Assembly: GCF_028641065.1 (NCBI RefSeq)
Contig: NC_073407.1
Coordinates: 20,956,001 to 21,020,000, forward strand
Source of the DNA: Leucoraja erinacea
Taxonomy: Eukaryota
Length of the DNA stretch: 64,000 nt
Direction: 5' to 3'
Shown piece after piece: positions 48,304-61,500 of the stretch (position 1 is its first letter; every line of letters starts with the position of its first letter). The translations under genes and the position numbers were made by a program. The notes under the pieces were generated by a model. The model ran no database searches. It saw only the letters and a program-made list of their open reading frames with translations, and was not told the origin of the DNA.

Positions 48304-51300
48304 CTGGAAATCAGAGGTCAAAGTATCAGTTAGTAACAGAAGCATAGAAATGGATTATGCTGTTAAACAGTTCTGTCAAGTGCAGCTTTTCCAGGGCAGA
48401 AACATCACTGATCCAAAGCAGAATACACTTCCTTACTGACCCATCAAATACTGCTAAGCAAGTTCTTCTTTTGTTTGACCTCTCCCACACCGTCCCAAAT
48501 AACCCAGGGCAATACTTTGTAGAACTACCTTTTGCTGCAATTACAGCTGCAAGTCTTTTGGGGTATGTCTCTACCAGCTTTGCACATCTAGAGACTGCAA
48601 TTTTTGCCCATTCTTCTTTGCAAAATAGCTCAAGCTCAGTCAGATTGGATGGAGAGCGTCTGTGAACAGCAGTTTTCAAGTCTTGCCAGAGATTCTCAAC
48701 TGGATTTAGGTCTGGACTTTGACTGGGCCATTCAAACACATGAATATGCTTTGATCTAAACCATTCCATTGTCGCTCTGGCTGTATGTTTAGGGTCATTG
48801 TCCTGCTGGAAGGTGAACCTCCACCCCAGTCTCAAGTCTTTTGCAGACTCCAACAGGTTTTCTTCCAAGATTGCCCTGTATTTGGCTCCATCCATCTTCC
48901 CATCAACTCTGACCAGCTTCTCTGTCCCTGCTGAAGAAAAGCATCCCCACAGCATGATGCTGCCACCACGTTTCACAGTGGGGATGGTGTGTTCAGGGTG
49001 ATGTGCAGTGTTAGTTTTCCGCCACACATAGCGTTTTGCATTTAGGCCAAAAAGTTCAATTTTGGTCTCATCTGACCAGAGCACCTTCCTCCACATGTTT
49101 GCTGTGTCCCCCACATGGCTTGTGGCAAACTGCAAACGGGACTTCTTATGGCTTTTTTTTTTCCCCCAACAGTGGCTTTCTTCTTGCCACTCTTCCATAA
49201 AGGCCCGATTTGTGGAGTGCACGACTAATAGTTGTCCTGTGGACAGATTTTCCCACCTGAGCTGTGGATCTCTGCAGCTCCTCCAGAGTTACCATGGGCC
49301 TCTTGGCTGCTTCTCTGATCAATGCTCTCCTTGCCCGGCCTGTCAGTTTAGGTGGACGGCCATGTCTTGGTAGGTTTGCAGTTGTGCCATACTCTTTCCA
49401 TTTTCGGATGATGGATTGAACAGTGCTCCGTGAGATGTTCAAAGCTTGGGATATTTTTTTATAACCTAACCCTACTTTAAACTTCTCCACAACTTTATCC
49501 CTGATCTGTCTGGTGTGTTCCTTGGGAACGTATAATTTTCCTTCCACTTCACAATTATGCACCACTTTGTGTTGGTCTGTCACATAAAATCCCAATAAAA
49601 TACATTTACGTTTGTGGTTGTAACGTGACAAAATGTGGAAAAGTTCAAGGGGTATGAATACTTTTGCAAGCCACTGTAAATGCATTTTGGACTGCATGCG
49701 CAGAAATCCCAGAAGTCCCAGAAGATAAAACATAGCAAAGGAACCTTTGGCCCACAGTGTCTGCGCCAACCATGATGCCAAGTTAATCTCTTCTGCCTGC
49801 AGGCAATCCATTTCCAACATTTCCATATGCCTGTCTAAAGGTCTTGTCAGTTAAATAAGAGTCGTAAGACCCAGTATAATTACATTTGTTGAAACTTGGA
49901 AGAGTAGATTGCCACTTCAGCTCTGCCTAAAGGAAGTTAGGCAACACTAAATACAGTGTGTGCACAGTCCAGGAGTGTTGTGACAACACTAGAGAGGAGA
50001 AAGGTTTTTATCAGATGTGGCAAAGGCTGGAGAATTTTAATTGCAGGGCTGGACTAGCTAGGTCTTTTCATTGGAACATGAGGCAGAGCAATGATTTAGA
50101 GTCAAAGTCAGTCCCATTTGCCCACGTTTGGCCGATATCCCTCTAAGCCCTACTGAGGCGGATAAGATCATGAAAGACCTGGAAAGGATAGATAGAGGGA
50201 AAGCAGCAGGGGGCAACAACACATGGTAATCGTTTAACTATTAAAGAAACAACAGGGTTTTTCCTCTCCACATCTCACTCCCACCCGGAATATGGCATTC
50301 CTTGAAACACAGAATGCTTTTAAAATATAGTTCATGAGTTGTGGCTGAAAAATGTGAAAGGGCTGGATGGCTTTTTTGGCCATGATGGGGTGATGGCTTC
50401 CTTTGTAGTAACTTCTACAATTCAAAGCACAGCTCTCTTGGAATTGAACATTAAATATTGGCAATGGAATATTTTACAGGTCTAAAACACTTGCTCATCG
50501 TTATACCAACATTACCAAGATTTAAACCATTGTCTAAAGCAGAACTTATATTAACTCAAATCAAACTACTTACTTGGGCAAACTGAGCAGGGTTGTAAAA
50601 TTGAACAGTTCCTTGTGCAGAGCCTCCTTGTGCAGGAGGAGGGACCTGCAAAACAGATCAACATTAAACAGGTTGCATCATGGCAAAGAAAGGCATTATT
50701 ACAGCATTTCGCACAGCCTCTACACCATGAAGTGGTGTACACCATAGAGCCATTCTTCTGCAGTTGTATAGGGCTCTGGTAAGACCACATCTGGAGTATT
50801 GCAAACAGTTTTGGTCTAATTTGAGGAAGGACACCCTTGTGATTGAAGCAGTGCAGCGTAGGTTCACGAGATTGATCCCTGGGATGGCGGGACTGTCATG
50901 AGGAAAGGTTGAAAAGACTAGGCTTGTATTCACTGGAGTTTAGAAGGAATGTGGAATTCCCTGCCACAGAGGGAAGTGGAGGCCAAATCACTGGATGGAT
51001 TTAAGAGAGAGTTAGAGCTCTCGAGGCAGGTGGAATCAAGGGATATGGGGAGAAGGTAGGCACGGGTTATTGATAGGGGACGATTAGCCATGATCGCCAT
51101 GAATGAAGGTGCTGGATCGAAGGGCCGAATGGCCTCCTCCTGCACCTATTATAACCAATTACGTTTTTTTTGAAGTGTAGTCACTGCTGTATTGGCCGGC
51201 ATGCCGCAGATTGTAATGGTACTAACAGATGGGAAGAAGCATTACAGTGGGTTACACTCATCCAACAAAACCGCCATGGGTTCAAGAACCATTTGAGACA

Positions 51301-54300
51301 CAAGCTTGTAATCTATGGCAGTTCTCTGTGCAGGGCTGGAGGATTACAAAGCCAAAAATACTATCTATTGGATCAGATCTTAGAGGTCAAACCACCAGCC
51401 CTCAGGGGTCATAAAAGGTACAAGTGTTATGTGAAAAGTTCAGTGTGCTGGCCAGTGCTCATCTCTCAGTCAACATGAGCAGCTTATCCGGAAACGATCT
51501 CCCTTCTGTCTATGTGTGTTCAAAAACATTCAAAAACAAACTTCACTGATAAAACCCAAATCTCAAAAATCTTTGTCCCCAAACAATATGGAGGGCACTG
51601 TATGGGATGAGCAGGTGATAGTTGGGGCAAGTACTGTAAAAATATTTTAAAAGACATTTGGACAGGTGCATGGATAGAAAAGGTTTTAGGGGGATATGGG
51701 CCAAACACAGCCTGGTGGGCCAAGCATAGATGGAGCATCTTGGTCAGCATTAGCACTTTGGGCTGAAGGGCCAGTTTCCATCCTGTATGACTATGACTTG
51801 AAGTGCTCGGGCTCAGTGAACCAATATTTGGAATTTAGAAAAAGGGAAAGCCATCCATACGAAAAATTGGTTGCCATCTTGTTTTTCTTCCTTCAATCTG
51901 TACATAGAGTTGAGCAGCATGGAAACGGGTCCTTTTGCCTGCCTTGCCCATGCTGACCAAGTTGCCATATGGGACTGTCACATTTGCATGCATGGCTCTC
52001 TGAACCTTTCCTATCCATGCATCTGTAAAATTGTATTTTAAAAGTAATTGTATCCATAGCTTCTCCTGGCAGCTTATTCCAGATATAGACTACCCTCCGA
52101 GTGAAAGCGTTGGCCCCAAGGGCCCTCTTAAATTTTACCCCTCTTACCTGAAGCCTATGCCCTCTGGTTTTAGAAACCTCTATCCTGGGAAAAAGGCTGT
52201 GAGCATTCACCTTATTCATGGCCCTCATGATCTTATCCATTTTGATAAGGTCATCCTTTCCATTTTCTGTTACTGAAGGCATCTACTAGTTTAGGTTTAT
52301 TGTACAGAGGCAAAGAGGAAGATACAGAGCGCAGAATATAGTTCAGGTTTGTAGTGCATCAGTTGAACAGTTTCATGGTTGGGTGTGTATAAGATTCCTC
52401 TAGATTTCATTATTTTTATTTCAGGGGAAACGTCTACACTGAATATTATAATGTTGGTCCTCAACCTTTATGGATGTGCAGAGCTGAGCAGATATAGGAG
52501 TGATTCACAGAGACAAGTTATGTACTGGCTTCAATCACCCGAAGGTTGGCAGAACTGGGTGAACACAGAAAAGACTTGAGTTGTAAGGAGAAAGGAGACA
52601 ACTTTCAGATAAGATAATTCTCGAGCCTAAATCACCCTGCTGGTACTGCACAACACCACGAGACAAGGTTTGCACTTTCACAGCCACGAGAAGACATCTG
52701 GTTCAGTAGGAGCCTGTACCAGTGAGACAAAGTATCCAAAACATAGAGGGGGGGGGGGGTCACACAACATATTAATGGTAATGGAACACAAATAATGAAT
52801 TTATCAAGATCTTAATAATTATGAAAGGTTGCCCAGATTGAGAAGACCAAAATCTGTATTTTTTAAATAATCAGCAATAAATCCAATAGACAATTTAGTA
52901 CCTGGGCCTGTAAATTAGCCTCAGAGTTCATCTGCTCCATGGACTGTGGAATCTCTGCTGGACCTCCTTCAGGAGGCAGAGTCCCCTCTCCTGCAAAAAT
53001 GGCAAACAGGGGCATTAATTTAGTTCTGCACGCACAGAGGCCTAGATAGTTTGAAGAGTGGTTTAAACCACAATGCCAGGGTGGCAACAAAACAAACATG
53101 TGAATATTAGTAGCCGAGTAAGAAAGTAGAAGCAATGAACCCATGCATGGACCCTTATACGTCAGAGGACTTTTGACAATTAATAAACACTCTCCAAGCT
53201 ATTCTACTTCTCAATTGGGTATGGGCAGTATGATCAAATTAGAGTAAATATGGGGTTCAAGATGATTATCCTGTGCAGCAGAGCTAGACAGGGCTGAGGG
53301 AAAAATATGAAATGTAGGTATTAGTCAAATGAGTGCAAAATATACCATGGGAATCTTATTGTAAAGTAGGCAAGTTGTCATGTCATGGGCCAATACTTAA
53401 CTCTCAACTAACAATAAAAACATTTATTATTTTTTTGTTTCTGGAATAGTTTTTTTTGCTACATTTAATGCAAGAAACACTGCAACCAAACAATAACCAA
53501 CTTATTTTATTTGCTGTAAATCGCGGACCTGTCCAATATATGGTCATGAAAAGATGCAAGCATTTATTGGGAAACCCCAGTATTTCTGGGCTGCAAAGGT
53601 AGAACCAAAATATCCAAACAGTAACAAGAATACAACATAGAATGTATCATACCTGGTACCGGCACGAAGAAGTTGGTGGGGATAGGCATTGGTGCGAGGG
53701 GGGCAAAGAGGTCTACCGGAGGTGGGAGACCCCCATTTGCTCGGGGTCCACTGGGATTGAGTACATCCACATAACGAGCTTTTGTACCTATTGTTGGGGA
53801 GGGAGAGAGGGAAGAAAGGAGAAAATTCATTGAGCAGTGCTCAAATAGAGATACTTCTCTGAATACAATGGGAACATTTTCTAAATGGCAAGAAATCCAG
53901 ATCTGTAGAAGCACATCATTTAAACTTTAGGGATTCACATAAAATATTAAAAAACAGTGTCCAGGAAATGAAATTGAAATAAACTGGCTAATAGAAAACA
54001 AAATGAGAGGGAAATCATCCACGATAATATTGAACTGCCAAATTAAGTCTTTTGCTTTTAATTTACTAAAGAGGCTCCAAGGGTCACTGAACCAAAATAT
54101 CAACAGGACAGGCAGCATTGTGCAGAGAAACAGTTGAATTTCTCCAATGTTCTGTTCTTATGATGGAATTTACTGTTAGAGGAAGTGTTGTTCTGTTGTA
54201 CAGAAAGAGAGCAGCACAAGAGGTATAACAGAATTAGAGCAAGGTCATTGTAGGAGGCAAAATATATAATAGTGAAAATCTACATCCCAAATCTCTAAAA

Positions 54301-57300
54301 TGCAGAGTGCCTTCGCGTTGTTTGGAGTCTTTCAAGTCTGAGATGAATGCTGGTTGTTGACTATCAAGAATCCAGGAATATAGAGAAAAAGATGGGCAAA
54401 TGAATTTGAACCACAGATCAAACCAAATCTAACTGAAAGCAAAGCAGTGAACGGCCTTCTCTTCCTCCTGTCTTCCAAAAGAACAGTGACCAAGTGTTCA
54501 TTGTTAGCCCGAGGGCAACCACGGGTTTGGACGTTGGCAGTACATGTATACTGAACCACTGACACTATGATACCATCAGTGGAATTAAGACAGTATCAAA
54601 AAGTCACAATTCTACATAAATGTGGGTTGAGAGTATTTCTGCTATTTAAATGTGAAAGATCCCTTGGCAGAGAATTCTCCTGTATCCTTTTCTCCCCTTT
54701 AGGAGCAGCATACCTACCAATGCTGCTGTCTTAGTTGTCTTAGTCAGGTTGGACCCCGACCTCCACTGTCTGTGTGGCATTTGCACACTCTTCCCGAGAC
54801 CAAGTGGTTTTTCCCCCGAGGGTGCTTCAGTTTCCTCCCAGTTTAAAAATGTGCAGATTGTTAGGTTAATTGGAGCTGTAAATTGCCCCCCCCCCCCAGT
54901 GAGTAGCTGATGGTACAATCTGGGGTGTTGATGGGAAAGCGAGGAGAGTAACATGGTAGGGTAGGATTAGCCTAAATTGGTGTTTGATGGGCAATGTAGA
55001 CTCAGACAGTTTCTTTCTGTGCTGTCTCTACCCACCCTGTCCAAACACAAACCCCTCATCAGGGGCTCCATTTAGACAAAAGTGCCTGCCAGATTTCTTG
55101 CATAGCATCAACAAATACACTTCAAAAGTACTTCATTGGTTAAGTATGTTAGGCATCTGAACAGTATATTTTGTGCAGAAATGGGAGTTAACTAATTCGG
55201 TTTGCCTAAGACAGTGGAAAAGAGTTCCTCGCCCAAAATCTCACCTGCTTTCCTGGAGAATCTGTTGACAGATGGATGGCCACCGAAGGACATTGGATTT
55301 GAACCCGAGGGAAGGCCAGCCATGGGTAGGCTTGGCGGCGGTGGGAGAGGTTTGCTCTGCAAAAATAAAAGTAACAAAGTGTTAATTATTAGCAACCTCC
55401 AACTCGCTTCAAACTCCAAGTGTGGGAAATACTGGTTAAATTAGTTCTCCCATTCTAGGCTGTGCCATATGATTCAACAAATTCACGACTCCTCTGGGAG
55501 CGGATCGGGCATCAGATGTCAGAACCTGAAGCCCTGCCCCCGATACTGCACCGATGGACTTTGGCAGGTCACCGCCATCAAAGGCCTTTTTCAACCGTGT
55601 CCAACAAATCTTAGGACAGATCGCCCTCGAGTAAATAAACTCTGCAGTTTGTGGATAGTGATCGTCAGCAGGATCGACGCTTTCCCATATCCTGCACTCA
55701 ACTACCATCATTAAATGGCAACAAGTGCAGGACCCTGCTTGATTTTCCATTTCCACACTATTTCCTCCCGCAGTGCGAATATTAAAAACTAAATGGCCTG
55801 TCCCACTTGGCCATCATTTGCGCGTCACGCAGATGGCGAGCGAAGATTTTGTACATCACAACATCCTGCGACGCCGCGCGTCACTGCCTATGTCATCACG
55901 CACTATGCGTGCATAAGGCGCACCATGCACGCCTCACGTGCGTGTCATGACAAGCGCTTCGTGACGCGTAAATTATGTCACGTAAATTACTCGCAAGTGA
56001 AGGCCAAGTGGGACAGGCCGTTAAGATTCCTCGGATCATTCATTCATGACACCATCTACATGGTTTGAATATCCATTCACATCACACCATGAGCTGTGGG
56101 AATTCAATTTAAACGGGTATCATAAAGCCCATCTAGATTACTGACAACTGCAGGGAAGATTCCTTGCCATCCTTGCCAGCTGTGAACATATAATTTCAAT
56201 CCAACGCTATTGTGGTTGAAGGAAAGAACTGCAGTTGCTGGTTTAAATCAAAGGTAGACACATAATGCTGGAGTAACTCACTGGGACAGGCATCATCTCT
56301 GGAGAAAAGGAATGGCAACAAGAGCAGGACCCAGCTTGATTTTCCATTTCCCTGGCCCATTGACACACAGTCAAGTGCAAGATCCACTCTCATTCCTCAC
56401 CCATTCCTTCTCTCCGGAGATGCTGCCTGTCCCGGTGAGTTACTCCAGCATTTTGTGTCTACCTTCGATTTAAACCAGCATCTGCAGTTTTTTCCTACAC
56501 ACCATCATGGTTGATTTCTACTTACCTGCTGAAGCTACCATTGAATAAAACTATGAGCAGCATTGCAAGGTAGCAGCAATGCCCACATCACAAAATGGAA
56601 TAAAGGTACTCGGCAGAGTAATTTCTGCACGCTTACCTCTTCCTCTGGTTCATTCATGTTCACCCATCGCTGCCTCTTCTCATCCCACACAATCTAGGCA
56701 TAAGACAGGAGGCAAATAGTTCAGATCTCATGCCCCAACCTAAAGGCTCACTGTAGTACAGGGTAAACAACCCCCCTTGTGTATCTGACACCCAGCAGAC
56801 ATGTTTAGGTGTGGAGAATTCTGCTCAAATACACATGTCCTTGCCCAACTGACAAACATTCGTAGCAAAAAGGAAGTTTTGAGGAAGAACGTAAAACTAC
56901 AATCGACACCATCAAGTAAAAATGATTCAGCAAGTCAAATACCAGTCGAGTGTTCCCTCAGAGAGACCACTCCCATCCTCAAGACCATCTTCTAAGGCAG
57001 TCTTTCTCTCAAGTTAGAAGATGACTTGCTTTCACTGAGGAAGAGAGGCTACTTGTGCGCCATTTCTTATACCTTGCGATAGACATTGCAAACCAGGTGG
57101 CAAGCAGTCTTGAGGGTGAAATCTTGGCCCCATGGCAGGGATGCCCATGATGATAGGAGACAGATGCACAGACTTTGCAAACCTAGTCAGATGGACACAT
57201 ACCAGGTACACACTGGTGCAATCTGGCCATCCACCGAATGCTTATCAACAAACTCTTTCACACATTCCTTTCCTCAATTCCCCTCCATCTCTCTTCTTCC

Positions 57301-58522
57301 CTGTCCCCCTCCCCCCCCCGCCCCCCCACCACCAATCATCTCCGTCTGCCTCTTTGGGTGCCTCGGTCTCCCCACTCATTGATCCTCGTCCCTCTCTGCT
57401 GGACAACCGACTTCCCTTTTCTGCCCCTCTCAATTCTCACATCCTCGCTCTGTCTCTGCCGTTCCCAGCTCCGCCTGGGTCGTTCCTATAGACAATTGCC
57501 CTTCCCACACACCCAACGTCAATCCCAAAAAATGCACCACACAAAGCCTGCTGCTTAGCCCAGAGTATCATGACCTTTTCTTGAGGACCTCAGCAGAATC
57601 GCCATCATCCATCTATCTCCCCTCCCCACTCTCACCACTTCACTGCCTGGACAAGCACTCACCGATTTATTTTTGTCATCTGGTAAATGGGCTTCATTCT
57701 TCTTGCTGGACCGTAACCAGCTTAGCCACCCACCCTGAGGCACAGAGAAAAACCAAAATGAGTGTCTTTTTAAAAGGAATTTATTTTTAATTCCCTGCCT
57801 AAGGAGGAGGGAGAGGCAGCAGTCTCACCAACTGTGTCAAGTAAACATGCCTACATTTTCGTCACCTTAGCCGGCATGGGTCAACCTACTTTCAAATTCA
57901 TTAGAAAAGATTACTGCCCAACTTTACAGCCAGCAGGACCAGAACCGTATACCAATATACCAATGCAGCAACAGTTGATACCACAACACCTGCCACCTCT
58001 GTCCCCGAACAAGTGTTCAATTCTTAGACTCAATGAACACCCACACCAGCAGATCATTTTGAGACGGGTACACAATTAGAATGCTATTGAACTCTTGTCC
58101 TCAAAGCAAACACATTGTGGATTTAGTTCATCCAAAGAAGTGTAGCGAAGGGAAGTGGAAAACAAATGCAATTCGTGTACGGGTCATGAAGTTTGCGCTT
58201 AAGGAGGGAAGGCAAGGAGAAGAAACACTACTCCATTTTGCTGTACCCCATTAGGAACTTTTGATTGATTTCCAGGTTCCTGAAATCAAAAATGCTCCAT
58301 TCCCAGAAACAATTCACTGCAACCTACAATTACAAGAAAGGCCCGAAGACAGAGTAGAGAGTAGACCATCTTAATAGTATTCATATTCATAGATAATATA
58401 ATTCCTATTGCCAACTGAATGTAATACTAGGAAAGGGTGCCATGCATGGCAGGGAGCAACACTCCATCCTCCTGGGCGGATTCCCTCGGCTACAGCAAGC
58501 TCGCAGCTGCCCCTCTCCCTGC

Positions 58523-58556
<34 letters not shown>

Positions 58557-61500
58557 ACCCACCACCTTGGGACATGTAGCCGTGAAGACAAACACGATGC
58601 AACAAACAAATAAATAGAATACCATCTCAATGCTCCCATTCTGACCTGGAAGTAAAGGCCCTTTGTTGGTGGTGACCATCTGCCTCATTGTTGCCACCTC
58701 TCTGCCCGTTCCAGTCAAAGATTAGTTGCATTTGCATCGTCTACATTTTCAGAACATAAGTTGTGCAAACAAACAAATTCCAAGCTTCCCTCTGGATACC
58801 GACTAGTAGAAATAGTTTATCCTTTATTCGTTCCATTAAAATCATCAACATTTTCTTCTCGGGAACAACGTGCAATTCCTCAATGGCTGCTGCAAGAACT
58901 GTAGGGCATCGAGGCCGCTGTGACCACTGCAATGCCAACCTTGCCACTTCCAACCCACGGAAACAAACTGTTGGGGATATTCTGGAGGATGTGGAGAAAT
59001 ATGCGTTTTAGGTCAATGACTGCAGCTGATGCAGAAAAAGTGTCAAGAGTGGGTTAGGGGCAGAGAGGTCGAAGGTCTGTGCCTATTTGGAGATCAAGGG
59101 TGTCTAGGTGACAATGCTTTCTAGACCAACGACTAGTTTGTTGTAGTTTGTCTTTCTCCCTACATTACAATCGGTCTGAAGGGTCCTGACCTGAAACATC
59201 CACATCCACATCCTCCAGAGATGCTGCCTGATCCCTTGAGTTACTCCAGCATTGTGTCATTTTTTAAATCAGAGATGCTGCCTGTTCTGTTGGGTTACTC
59301 CAGCATAGTGTATTCTTTTGCCAAAGTATATAGCTGACTCAGTAGTCTTTTTACCTTTCCTTTTTTGCCCACTGGTTGCTCCCGTTTCGGTTCCTTCTTG
59401 CCCTCCTGACTGTTGCTGGCAACAACCTCTGGCTGGGGTGGAAGTGTCGGCTGGTTCGCCGCCGATCGATGCCTCTCCCGGCCCATGCTGTGATTGGATG
59501 ACTCGGAGGTATTTCTCGAGCGTCTCCCGTATGGCTGAAACAAGACAGACCCGTGTCAAAGCAGCAGACGCCGTGGGGAAAAACACGAGGCAGCCCTCAC
59601 CCAGATAGAAACCCAGCACTGAGCTCCTGCCTTCTAAACCAGAAACAATCCACAACTCAGCTGGCAAACCAGGAGGCATCCCAGTTTGAATGCGAGCCAG
59701 ACTAATGCTTCAATCATCTGTCTCCGTCCATCTTCAACTCACTCCGTTGCACTTCACAACGGGAATTGTTCTCCTATATCCTTGAGAAAGTCCTGGGGGT
59801 TGTGTGAAAACTACTGGAATGTGATTGATAGATGTTTGCTGAGGAAAGGCAGGGCATTACAGAGCACTCAATCAACAAGCAGCTTCTTTTGTACGGAGGC
59901 ATTAACCAAAATGGCCAACTTTGGAGTTTTGTATTACTGTTTTCCCCGTCTAGTGTCTAGATTTAGTATAGATAAGCTTGCTCTCTCTAGGATGATACAA
60001 AAACTCCTTTATCATGATATCACATGTCTATAAGTGTGTGTATGGTTTTTAGGAAATGCTGCGATGGGGCAGGATAAATCTCCTGCATGTATTTGATCAA
60101 GGATACTGGACTGAAACGCATTTAGATTACATGCCAAAAATTTAGCATCAATTTAATCTTCAAAAACACCAAGCTTGCTGGTGTGGGCAATGAAATCATC
60201 CAGTTTGTCAAGAATCTGCTGCTTAATCAGAGTTGGACAATTATTAAAAAGGTTACAACCAGCCCTGTTCATACCTGCCTCACTCAGCTTTAAAGTAAAG
60301 AATTGTAGCTTTCACCTCAGATCTCATTAAATATTTAGTGATGCTTCCCAGAGAGTGAGAAGCAGTGGGTCTGTAGAGGGGCGTCAACCCGAAACATCAC
60401 AGATCCATGTTGTCCAGAGATGCTGCCTGACCTGCTGAGTTACTCCTGCTCTTTGCTAATTCCATCGGAGGGAATGTCAGATAAAGGTCAAAGAAGACAG
60501 GTGTACCAAAGTTATTAAGGTGCTGTACCACCGCATGGCATGGAAACTAGCACTGTCCCAGACTCGTTCACTTAGCAGAGGGATTAGCCCACTTCTGGCT
60601 GTATATCAATCAATGTGCCAAAATTACTGGCATGCCAAACTGGCCTTGAAATCAAGATCCACGAGCAACGATTCGTCAGCTAAGGAAGTGGCTTCAACAG
60701 CTAAGGATTGTGGATTCGTCACCCGAGGAAGAATGATTGTGGCTGCAAGTGTTGAAGGATAGATGGAAGAGAACGCTCGCACGTACGCAGAAGAACGTAC
60801 GCACAAGGCAGAGCACAAGAGAGTGGCCGAGGCAGAGAGAACCTTCACCAAGCACGCACCAGTCTGAGGGGAATAGAAGCACCAAGAACCGTAACACCGA
60901 GAGTCAGGAATTGCGTACCATGTGCAAAGATGACTGAGACGCTGACCTTGATCTTCTTCCCGGGGCCTGCTTCAGACACAAACGTTCAGCGGTGTTAACC
61001 ACTACAAGGACATTGAAATAAGCTTACCTTCACATTTAGGTCCCCTCACATGATGACTAGGGCTGCAACTTATGGGGACAGGACATAGCTAATGACCTTG
61101 GAGGACATTGTGCATTCCACAGTTAAAGACTTGCCGAGTTTCTTGCATGATAAATGGCCATTAGAAACGGTACAGCACTGGCTGTGGGCTAAATCTCAGA
61201 GCCTTTAGGACATGGGGAGCAGAAGTCTATTTAGCCCACGTTCCTTGCTGAAATTTATGCTCCACTTGAGCCACTTTCTGCCTTTCCTCAATTTTACAGT
61301 GCAACTTGTTTTTCCTGCTCCCGCCTAAATGCAGTTTCAACTACTCCCTACAGTAACAAATTCTACATTCACACCACCCAAAGTTTTAATAAACATGGCC
61401 CTGGAGATAGCAGATGTACACGGTTGTCATCTTCAAAAGATTCACCGACTTTTCAACAGTTCCCATGAATGGAAAGTGGCAAATATGTCACCACTCTTCA

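Noticed and set aside
48326-49826. Possible active or domesticated transposase gene
   Set aside because: It has a frameshift, no native start codon and one missing TIR; the ORF ends shown in the track are flanking non-element sequence.
50646-52901. Expected additional alternative SEC16A exons known from mammals
   Set aside because: I could not find a convincing match with splice sites by eye, so none was called.
58523-58556. Long poly-C run (also at 6428-6464) as a G-quadruplex or poly-Gly/Pro ORF
   Set aside because: These are intronic homopolymers with unreliable length and no evidence of function.
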